DNA from: Octopus bimaculoides
Lineage: Eukaryota
Reading direction: 5' to 3'
Length of the DNA: 64,000 nucleotides
NCBI RefSeq assembly: GCF_001194135.2
Contig: NC_068993.1
Span: forward strand, 3,564,986 to 3,628,985
The notes under the pieces were generated by a model. The model saw only the letters and a list, made by a program, of their open reading frames with translations, was not told the origin of the DNA and made no database searches. A program made the position numbers and the translations under genes. Positions within the stretch are counted from its first letter, which is position 1. Each line of letters starts with the position of its first letter. This document shows positions 53,446 to 64,000 of this stretch, in pieces.

Positions 53446-55744
53446 TCACTAAACGGATTAACTATCTTAAATATATATCTAACATCTATTCTTAAGAATT
53501 TATACAGCTTCGTTGTCAATGAAATCTGTTGATATTTGTTTAGATGGGGGCAGATTACCAAAAAGAATCGGCTATACCATCCTTGCGGTATTTAACTACA
53601 GAATTTTATATTGCGAATAGGAATGATCACCGGGGTTGACTTGACTGTCCTTTCCTCCAAAGTCGATAAAATAATTAACAATAACCTAATAGTTTTAATG
53701 TAATCGAAAATAAAATGAAATCTATGGCCTTTTGCCAACGTTAAAAAACGTAAATTTTTTTATTATTGTTTGATTTTATTTTTGTTTCTTATTTTAATAT
53801 TTCTGTTCTTTTGATTTTGTTTGAAGCGAATTGAAAACTGTTGTGAAAGAATTATCAAACAACATGAATAGCGGAAAAGGAAATATAAATATGATAGAAA
53901 ATGTAATAATTGCCCCAAACAAGATCATGACAACTCAACGGTCTGAAAATTTAAAAGATAATTGGCAACTACCCAAGGGATATTTACACCAAATTTCCTT
54001 TCAAACATTCAAAATATGTCATATATTAAAAAATCACATTATAATATCTGGCAGCAGAATCCCTAGAGAATTCTCTCATCCAATTATCAACAACTCTCTG
54101 GTGATTTCTTCTTACTGATATAAGAGAAAATGGCCATTTTCTATATTTCTTTTACAGATAGAAAATTACACAGAATTATGGATATTTAAATAATTATAAT
54201 CAAAGAAAGTAAGGTGTGGCTCGTAAGCTTTGAATAGCATCTGACACTAAAAAGGTTAATACAGAAGGCACAAGGTTTGAAAACATTTTAGGGTTGTTTC
54301 TAGGGATACAATATGGGCAAAGATATACCTGTAGAAGACTATCAAAACTGATGAGAAATAAAGAAAAACAGACGATATTTGCCGAAGCTAGAGTTATGAT
54401 GTTTACTTTAAAGGAGGCATCACAACTCGAGAGCTCACACTTAATATCTATTTTTTTTCCGCAGAAGGGCCATATCTGAAATTTCACAGTACAGGGAATA
54501 TTGTTAAATAAGTTTTATAAACTAGTTTTGCTAATGCAGATTTTGTTTACATTCTTCAAAAGTAAGAGAGAGCAAGAGAAAGGGAGAGAGGGAGAGAGAA
54601 AGAGAGAATGCAGACAAAGAAATGCAGGGAGAGAAGAGCGATTGCTCAAGATCTGAAAGACAACTCAAATTCATTTCTAATATCAAAACCCTTGTGAATA
54701 ATAAGCAGAAGAATATAGAGCATTTGCTAACAAGGTTTCTATGCCTATCATTGAGTTACTTTTGTTCAAGGCCATATTTTTCCTGTGAGAAAAAGAACAT
54801 AAAGATTCAGAAGACATTGGTTTAACTTGAAAGCAATTCTGTTTGTCCACAACATTAGACTTGTATTTTATTTATAAACCCGAAACGTTGGAAAGTGTAT
54901 TAAACCTGATGGGATTTGTGTTTACCACGGATAGTGTATGCAGAAATATCTCCAGGCATTCCCTCCCATACTTTAACAATATTACACCTATATCAGTGAA
55001 GAACTACAAATACAGGCGGATTTATAATTCATTCTCAAATGGTTTACCATGCCATATATTTTAAAAGCATGTAAAACAATACCACAAACTAAAGCAAAAT
55101 TTAGTTGCAGTCACTGAATGGAGTGGCAAAATCTAAACAGGTACTAAAGATGAATGTTGCACTTTATGGAATAGCGGCTGATAAATATGACACCTGATGA
55201 AAGAGTAGACATATGCACGATCTGTCATATAATTCATTAATTGAGAATAAACGCAAACGATTCCTAAACTTCACGGAGAAGGTTATAATTAACAACTGCT
55301 TCATTCTAGTTTATAGTACAAAGAACAATGAATATAAATGTTCTCTTGGATATGACAAGATCCTCCAGTAAACCATATTACGAAATCATTTTCCGCCATA
55401 TTAGAAAGCTAAACGAATGAATATAAAACTAATTATCTCTCCATTGCCAACGTTTTGTTATGTAGACTTGCGTGCAATATATTGCCATGGATAAACTTGT
55501 ATGAGTTAAGTGCGTAAATACGAAAACAGTGGAAGGGAACAAACTGGTAATATACCTGTAACGACAGAGTCCCCCGAATAATAAGAAACTTTTCTGCTAT
55601 AAGAAGAATAGCGAAATAGTGGCGATCGTTATCGAGCTTAGACGTGAACATTTTATTGTGTATCAACTAGTAATTTAGTAGGTACATGCACATACAAAAA
55701 CACACACCAAATACAAATATACATTCATTTCAGTTACATATGTA

Positions 55745-55842
<98 letters not shown>

Positions 55843-56897
55843 TAGATAGATAAATACATAGATAGATATACACATATACATATATATATAAATGTATATG
55901 TACACATAGTTAAAATTTACAAAAAACAAAAGGCGAAGACAGATGATAGAAAAACAAGCAGATCTATTGGTTTAACGTTCTGGAAAAATGGAAAAGTCTA
56001 TATATATATANNNNNNNNNNNNNNNNNNNNNNNNNNNNNNNNNNNNNNNNNNNNNNNNNNNNNNNNNNNNNNNNNNNNNNNNNNNNNNNNNNNNNNNNNN
56101 NNNNNNNNNNNNNNNNNNNNNNNNNNNNNNNNNNNNNNNNNNNNNNNNNNNNNNNNNNNNNNNNNNNNNNNNNNNNNNNNNNNNNNNNNNNNNNNNNNNN
56201 NNNNNNNNNNNNNNNNNNNNNNNNNNNNNNNNNNNNNNNNNNNNNNNNNNNNNNNNNNNNNNNNNNNNNNNNNNNNNNNNNNNNNNNNNNNNNNNNNNNN
56301 NNNNNNNNNNNNNNNNNNNNNNNNNNNNNNNNNNNNNNNNNNNNNNNNNNNNNNNNNNNNNNNNNNNNNNNNNNNNNNNNNNNNNNNNNNNNNNNNNNNN
56401 NNNNNNNNNNNNNNNNNNNNNNNNNNNNNNNNNNNNNNNNNNNNNNNNNNNNNNNNNNNNNNNNNNNNNNNNNNNNNNNNNNNNNNNNNNNNNNNNNNNN
56501 NNNNNNNNNNNNNNNNNNNNNNNNNNNNNNNNNNNNNNNNNNNNNNNNNNNNNNNNNNNNNNNNNNNNNNNNNNNNNNNNNNNNNNNNNNNNNNNNNNNN
56601 NNNNNNNNNNNNNNNNNNNNNNNNNNNNNNNNNNNNNNNNNNNNNNNNNNNNNNNNNNNNNNNNNNNNNNNNNNNNNNNNNNNNNNNNNNNNNNNNNNNN
56701 NNNNNNNNNNNNNNNNNNNNNNNNNNNNNNNNNNNNNNNNNNNNNNNNNNNNNNNNNNNNNNNNNNNNNNNNNNNNNNNNNNNNNNNNNNNNNNNNNNNN
56801 NNNNNNNNNNNNNNNNNNNNNNNNNNNNNNNNNNNNNNNNNNNNNNNNNNNNTATATATATATATATATATATACAAATACAAACAAACAGATACAT

Positions 56898-56960
<63 letters not shown>

Positions 56961-57453
56961 ATGGATAGATATACACACATATATGTGGATGGCAGATCAC
57001 AAATCCACCCATTCAGAACCCCATTATACACATGCATATGTATGCAGATTGACGTAATATGATTCTCATTTGAAATACTGCATTATATAATATTTCATTT
57101 ATACCTCCATCCTGCTGTGAAGTGACTTTTACCGACTTTAAATTTCACCAATGGGAAAAAGAGTATTCAGTACAGTATCACTGCTATATCTACTGAGCAA
57201 TAGTCATAGTAGTGACATTTATCCACAAGACTGAGGTTAAACAATGGTTTATAGGCTCTGTGAATACGCTAAGGAGCGATTCACTCATTAAATTGAAGAT
57301 TTATTTCGGGAACCTTTCGAATTATTTTCAGAAACATTACAGAATTAATATTTACATATTTTGATAATAGAAACGTTTATATCCAGCTTTCACTACAAAG
57401 ATAAAGATTTGTTATATTCAGTTTCTTAAATTGTGATTTTTGTTTCTTTGCAG

Positions 57454-57470
57454 TCCCAATATCACATTGT
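57454..57470 (+). other. Candidate 17-nt micro-exon
   Basis: TTTTTGTTTCTTTGCAG|TCCCAATATCACATTGT|GTAAGT. Confidence 0.3.
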
Positions 57471-58169
57471 GTAAGTAATAACATTTTGAAGAAATAAGAG
57501 CAGTGTTTCTGCATTTTTAACCTTTTGGTTAAGTGAAGAAAAAGAGATTGTGTATTTATATCATAAACGCAAGAAGCGAATAATAAAATGTAACTTATTA
57601 AAAATAGAAACCATACAGCTGATTTTTATATGGAAATTTCAAAAGAAACAATGACAAAGCAGAAAGTACATTATTGTAAGTGCAAAATGTATGGATCGGT
57701 AATAAAGTGGCAAAGCAAAATATAGATAAGATATGAAAATCTGAAATCGAGGTTCGATTTCGCGTTGTACTATTCATTCACTTTGGCTTTATTTCAGTAT
57801 GAAGAAATTTTTTAAGCCGATTTGTGTCGAAACAACTTTATTTAATTAAATCAATGCTTCCTCCGAGCAAAGGATAAAACCAAGTTTTAAATCCTTGTAC
57901 GATACTCGTGGAGTATTGGGAAATGCGCTGTAACAGCTCGTCATTGCATCCACCATTTTGTTGGTGTTCCCTATTCTTGGCAGAGGTCACCTTTGCTCCA
58001 CTCAGGTGACACGCTTCCAGCCCATGCTCTGTTAGAGTAGACATTGTTGGAGATGGCTTAGGAGATCGGAGTGCAAATCCTATCTCAGTCTCTTTTAGTC
58101 GCCTTTTACAAGCATAGGAAATAGTGGGTCTATTCTTTGAGAAGTCGGACAACAGAAAACATTAGAGAA

Positions 58170-58275
58170 ACATGAAATAAAGTGTTTTCCCCAAGAACAC
58201 AACCCTCTGTCCGGTGTGGAAATCTAACCAACGATCTGGCGATCGTGAGACCAACTCCCAAGCCACTAGACCTCG
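58170..58275 (-). mobile_element. tRNA-derived SINE head
   Basis: AAGTGTTTTCCCCAAGAACACAAC...ATCGTGAGACCAACTCCCAAGCCACTAGACC reads as a decayed tRNA-like head in reverse. Confidence 0.6.
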
Positions 58276-58547
58276 CAACGTCACGTAGTATAGTCAATAC
58301 TCCTAGTAATACTTAGACATCTGTAATTAAGTAGCATGTAGTCAATTTGAAACGTTTTCTGAGAAAATTAGTTCGTGTCTACGTACATGATTTAACCGAT
58401 CCCACGTGGGCGCAACTGTCTTCCTTTGCAACTGTATAAGTATTGTAACTATCTCTCTCACATACAATAATATACACTTTTGAAATTATATACACATTTG
58501 AAATTATATACATTCATGCAAATATTGTGAATGACTAATTATTTGAG

Positions 58548-58561
58548 GCAAATGTGATCCG
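58548..58561 (+). other. Candidate 14-nt micro-exon
   Basis: GACTAAT (branch-like) TATTTGAG|GCAAATGTGATCCG|GTGAGT. Confidence 0.25.
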
Positions 58562-59091
58562 GTGAGTATTGACTTTATAATTTTACTTCTGTCTTCGATG
58601 ATACACACACACACGTAAACACACATATAAACACACATGCGGGCACAAATATACACACACGCACGCGCGCACAAATATACACACACGCACGCGCGCACAC
58701 GCATGCATATGGGTATGCACACATGTGCAAACACACACGTGCAAACACACACACACGCATATATACGCGTCAGTGAACAAATGAAATCAAGTAGCATTTA
58801 ACACATCTGTTACGAGTTATACATATACATACATACATACATATACATATATNNNNNNNNNNNNNNNNNNNNNNNNNNNNNNNNNNNNNNNNNNNNNNNN
58901 NNNNNNNNNNNNNNNNNNNNNNNNNNNNNNNNNNNNNNNNNNNNNNNNNNNNNNNNNNNNTATATATATATATATATATGTACGTATGTATGTGTGTGTG
59001 TGTGTGTGTGTGTATACCGTTTTAGTCCAACTCATATTTCATTGGATGGTTCAAATATGAATGTATCTGCCATTTTTTGACTGCTTTTCAG

Positions 59092-59105
59092 ATACATGCC
59101 AATAG
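59092..59105 (+). other. Candidate 14-nt micro-exon
   Basis: CCATTTTTTGACTGCTTTTCAG|ATACATGCCAATAG|GTAAGC. Confidence 0.3.
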
Positions 59106-59516
59106 GTAAGCTCATTTTATTTTCGTTTCTTTGGTTGTAGCTCTCTAAGTCATTCGAGTGATGAAGACTAGCTAGAACAATTGTTTGACAATCAGATTGT
59201 CTTCTTAATGGCATGACAATTTTGGATAACTATAGTTTCGTGAGATAACTAAACCGTCTTTATAATTGGAACCAACTACCACGTAGAAATTGACCAATCT
59301 CCTTGGGAAGAGGGGATAATTTTGGTAAACCAAGAATCAATCTCGTATATTAATTTAATGTAGACTTATTTGCCTTTGTTGGTCAAGTCCATGCCACAGA
59401 TAACAATTATTTGTTTTCTTAGCTCGTATCAGTCCCTATACATACACTTATATATATATATATATATATATATATAAGTATATATGCATATGTGTAAGTG
59501 TGCTTGTGTGTGTGTA

Positions 59517-59574
<58 letters not shown>

Positions 59575-59894
59575 GAAAATAATTCTTAGCACGGAATAAT
59601 GACAAATGACAATGTATTTTGTATGGAGAGTAAAAATTAACAGGGAGAATAGGATTGAAATTGACGTTCTTTAATAGCAGGAACAGTTCTGAGGTCATTC
59701 TTGTTGGATGTAAAACACTTACCGAAGAATTTGCAGCTCATGGTATTGTAAATAAATATGTTGTAACATCCTGGAAATCTCTGCGGCTGTCATATGAGAC
59801 ACGGAAACCATTTGAGTAGGAAACTTAAGTAATTTATGTAAAATTGATACTTGTTAAACGTTTAACATTCTTAATGTTTTACACTCAAAATAGT

Positions 59895-59956
<62 letters not shown>

Positions 59957-60168
59957 TGTGTGTCTATGTGTCTGTGTGCGTATATATATGTATATATAAA
60001 TAATTCATATATCTATTTGCTTATAATATATCTCCGTATGTGTATACCTATATGTATACATATATCCACTCATTATATTTACTATACTCAAATATATTCA
60101 TACTCATATATGCATATAAGTATATATACATCCATATATACATACATATATATATATGTATACACATA

Positions 60169-60200
60169 CTAGCTGAATAGCCCGTCGTTGCCAGGCAATT
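60169..60200 (-). mobile_element. Probable Helitron 3' terminus
   Basis: Minus strand GCCTGGCAACGACGGGC (degenerate hairpin), then TATTCAG-CTAG followed by host T. This fits the hairpin + CTAG|T signature. The 5' end was not located. Confidence 0.55.
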
Positions 60201-60617
60201 TTTACAATAGAATATCTTATATAAAGCTTTGTTTATTCCATGTCACGTGCCTTCTCCGACTGATAGGCCTCCTGCTCGGGACAGATTTGTGTAATTTTTC
60301 GCAAAATGACTTCGTTGAGGAATATTTTTCCTATTTGAATTATTTACATGTCTGTTAGACAGTTTCACATGACTTTTTTCATTAAAGTTTATTAAAACTT
60401 CAGAGGTTCTTACATATTTAGTGGTGATAACGCTTTGCCTTTGTTTGTTTAATGAAAATTTCTCCTCGTATTGATTTTGCTTTCACTTTATGATAGATAA
60501 GTATCATGCAGAAAATGCCAGCTTCCAAATCGTGTTTTCTTATTGGGTAAAATTGATTGAAATTTAATCCTCAATAACATTTTCCTACAATTTTTCTGGA
60601 ACAAATAAATAACAAAA

Positions 60618-60733
60618 TCCTCCTCCTCCTCCTCGTCGTCCTCCTCCTCCTCCTCCTCGTCGTCGTCGTCCTCCTCCTCCTCGTCGTCCTCCTCCTCCTC
60701 GTCGTCCTCCTCCTCCTCGTCGTCCTCCTCCTC
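60618..60733. repeat. Compound (CCT)n/(CGT)n repeat running into an N gap
   Basis: Direct reading. Confidence 0.95.
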
Positions 60734-61087
60734 NNNNNNNNNNNNNNNNNNNNNNNNNNNNNNNNNNNNNNNNNNNNNNNNNNNNNNNNNNNNNNNNNNN
60801 NNNNNNNNNNNNNNNNNNNNNNNNNNNNNNNNNNNNNNNNNNNNNNNNNNNNNNNNNNNNNNNNNNNNNNNNNNNNNNNNNNNNNNNNNNNNNCCTCCCC
60901 TTCTACCTCCTCCTCATGATAATTTTAACACCTTCTTCTCCATAACGACACCAAAGCAGAATAATTTTCAACCACTTCGAATCCGTATCATTTCATTTAA
61001 TGATATTGGAATTGGACAGGTTTTTGTGAGACCTACCTTGATATTCCTGGCATACTATCATTTGAATATCTGTGATTTTTTTTTCAG

Positions 61088-61166
61088 TGCCTTCTTTGAA
61101 CCTCCGTTTCACCTTGAACAAGCAAACTGGCAGCTGTTTTTCTTTATATCAAAATTACACCTGCAA
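61088..61166 (+). other. Candidate 79-nt exon
   Basis: GATTTTTTTTTCAG| acceptor and CAA|GTAATT donor; two open frames. Confidence 0.22.
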
Positions 61167-63561
61167 GTAATTTCTGAATTCCTGCTGAGCTTGGAATACA
61201 TAAGCTATTAAATATAAAAAATTTTGTCGTGGGGTTTCCATGTATAGAAATGACGATATTTTATTTACATCAAATGAATTCCCTTCAACGTTACAGTCAT
61301 GTTCAACACATGACTGGTTTCTTCAGATCCATAGCTTAAAGAAACGAAAAACAAACAAAAAGCAAGCAAAAAGAAAGACACAACTTCCTACTAGAGGTTA
61401 ACAATACTACATATTAGACACATATTCTGTGCATATTTTGAACATATGCAACATAATAATATCCTATTTGGGTATAATTCACAAAAATATATATACTTAC
61501 ATACACATCCATATACATATAACATTTACTTAATAGGCAAATTTTAGGCAAATGTCTTCACTATACCTTTTTTTTTATTACAGCTTATCATATGTTAGTG
61601 ATCCAGTTAATGTTGGTGACGTCATTCTGCCAATGTGCCTGAAGTCTACAGAAAAATGAATTTTAAATCATCATTAAGTTGTCTTGTAATTAAGTTGTCT
61701 CACATTTATTCTTGAATGCATCTAGTTTGTATTTATTCCGCATTTTCTTCTTGAAATTTTTCCAATGACAAGTTTGTTGTAATGTCTGTTGTATTGGAAC
61801 AAAACCCAAATTGCTCAATCTCACTGCATTCAGATCCTAGGATAGAAATACAATTTTCATCTCTAAGCTCTTTATCTAATATTGGTTTCTTGCCATTTAT
61901 TTTCACCAAAGTGTCTAGTAGTGAAGACGAATTTGGCTTTTTATTGCTATTCATATATGTACACATCATAATCCCCACTTCTAGAATTAAATATAATGTG
62001 AAATTTGTTATTCAGAACTAGAAGCAAATGAATGTCCTGTTTATTTCATACATCAATGTTTTATTATGTTAATGCTTCAGTGGTTGGATTCCATTTCTCC
62101 ATAGATCTTTGATTTTTCTAGAAGTTCTACTTTACACTATTCTGCATTGTAGCATATTTGCCTGCGTAGCATTTACCAGAGACTTCTCACAAGACATCGA
62201 ATTATGTTATTTGCTGACTAAGCTTTACATAATTCTTTTGGCTGCGTTGTATATCTGAGATCTTGACATATCTTGTTTAATATATGCGTTAATCCTCAGC
62301 ATTTGAACTGTTGTGTGCTTGTCATACACGTACTCAAGCTAGATTATAAACTGGGGTCACTCATTAGCAGCTGAATTTATCAACAGAAATTGAACGGCTT
62401 ACTGGATAAATGTATTTGAATATCTACATTTAAATTTATGATTTCGAATTTACTTAATAAATGTCCCGGTGTCTCTGGACAGAAATGTGATAATATATTG
62501 CTTCAGTTCATGCGAATATCGTGAATAAGTCCAACGTTATCTGGGAATATATACCAGTGGCAGACTAGTGTTCTACGTCCTCTTGCAGCTAACACCATGA
62601 AACCAGAGCTAATCACGAACCCTTAAATCATTCCTACTCTTTAGATATTTATTGTTGCGTATTTATTAGTGAATTCATTTACGGCGAGCTAAACTGATAT
62701 TCCTTGTTCCATTTATTCGGAAATTAATCAATCAATAATTGTGGGTTTGGGAATATTCATCTGACAGAGATAACTTATTTAACCAAACGTCACCAGATGA
62801 ATAGTGAGGTGAACTTTATAAAAAAATTAAATCAAATTAACTCTAAATAAATAATTATGTTTTCACTGCTTGGATTTCAACATTAATTTACTAATTATTA
62901 ATATAAATGGAGAGATTCACACGTAATTTCTGATAACAATATAACATGAATATGTGTATACTACCCCGGATCAGCCAGCATAATATACGTCCCTACCAAA
63001 CACATTGATCCCACGATGGACCAGTTGTTACACCCCCGATACATAGTTATCATGGGAAAATATATTATACACAAAACAATAATTGCAATGTAAAAGTTTT
63101 TACATTGTGCAGGTGTTATACAAATAATTATGAAAAAAGGATAGTATATAACTGATATTTATATAAGGACACAATGCTCGTTATGGCCTGAAGTATCATA
63201 AAGCTACATGTGTATGCATTTTTGATCTGAATATAAGTGATTATCAGTAAGAATGTATGGATGTAGTAAATATATTTTCAAACATATATCGTATTATCTC
63301 ATTTCTCTCAATATCATTGTCATATTTTCTACCAGCAACTTCATAGTTATTGTTTAGCCACAGGTCAGACATGACCAAGTCGGAAAACCAAAGTCTAAAG
63401 ATGTAGCACCGGTAAAACATTTAGTATCGCAACTCGACGTCAAAACGTTAATAACAATATTTAGTAAAATCCATGCCATATATTGAACGCTCTTGAGAAT
63501 CGGTATAAAGTAACTCATTACAATACATACTCTTGCGTTTTGGTCAACTGCTTTTCCACAG

Positions 63562-63719
63562 AATGTCGATCGCATCATCCCGAACAAAGAAAGAATATGA
63601 AGGGCAGAGTGACTACAGATTCTCGGGAAAAGAAAAAATGTGCCCGATTTTGCTGCTCCAAAATGCGTCTAATAAATATTGTAAAGAAAATGGTATTAGG
63701 GAAATCACTCACACGGACG
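63562..63719 (+). other. Candidate 158-nt exon
   Basis: CTTTTCCACAG| acceptor and ACG|GTGAGG donor; open frame MSIASSRTKKEYEGQSDYRFSGKEKMCPILLLQNASNKYCKENGIREITHTD. Confidence 0.28.
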
Positions 63720-64000
63720 GTGAGGGTGTGCAAAAATCGGGATAGGTTAGAGTACCCGACATTATTCCAACACATTTAGCAGGGTAGATTTAGGAACCCA
63801 CTTGTAACATAGTCTGTATTCCACCTTGAAAATAATATATAAGGAAATGATGCACGCACATACATGTAAGCACACCTGCACAGACACACTCTCACAAAAA
63901 ACCCAAACGCAGATGCAAAAAGAGGAAATATTTACGCATATGTGAGTGTGTGTGTGGTGTGTATCTGTGTGTGGGAGTGTATGTTCATCTTTGCGTGTTT

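Noticed and set aside
57838-58152. 104-aa minus-strand ORF in GC-richer sequence
   Set aside because: It abuts a SINE head, starts at a non-ATG codon and has no recognisable motif; it is more likely repeat-derived.
61584-61659. SDPVNVGDVILPMCL resembling the trypsin-family PV...D.I.P.CL segment
   Set aside because: A stop follows after five residues and no His or Ser catalytic motifs were found nearby.
63354-63587. Minus-strand hydrophobic ORF resembling a GPCR helix
   Set aside because: It is a single segment without convincing family motifs and overlaps a better + strand exon candidate.

Overview
This is AT-rich, repeat-dense eukaryotic DNA from a gapped draft assembly. It has about 17 N-runs, most of them flanked by microsatellites. 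The tRNA-derived SINE sequences and the (CA)n/(TA)n/(ATT)n/(CTAT)n content resemble an octopus genome; that is my recognition, not a database result. There is no prokaryotic-type system, CRISPR array, rRNA or intact tRNA, and no confidently nameable host gene. Nearly all long entries in the ORF track are N-gap or microsatellite artefacts. Well-supported content is decayed mobile DNA: an internally deleted Tc1/mariner element with ~135-bp TIRs, a hAT MITE with an 8-bp TSD, RTE-, R4/Dong- and CR1/Jockey-type LINE fragments, a Gypsy integrase fragment, a probable Helitron 3' end and about 10 SINE copies. The best leads beyond transposons are all hypotheses: a phase-compatible chain of + strand micro-exon candidates (57.4-63.7 kb), a pre-miRNA-like hairpin (12.8 kb), a small ORF with a signal-peptide-like start (41.1-41.3 kb), two CTCF-like motifs, and several foldback or duplication structures.
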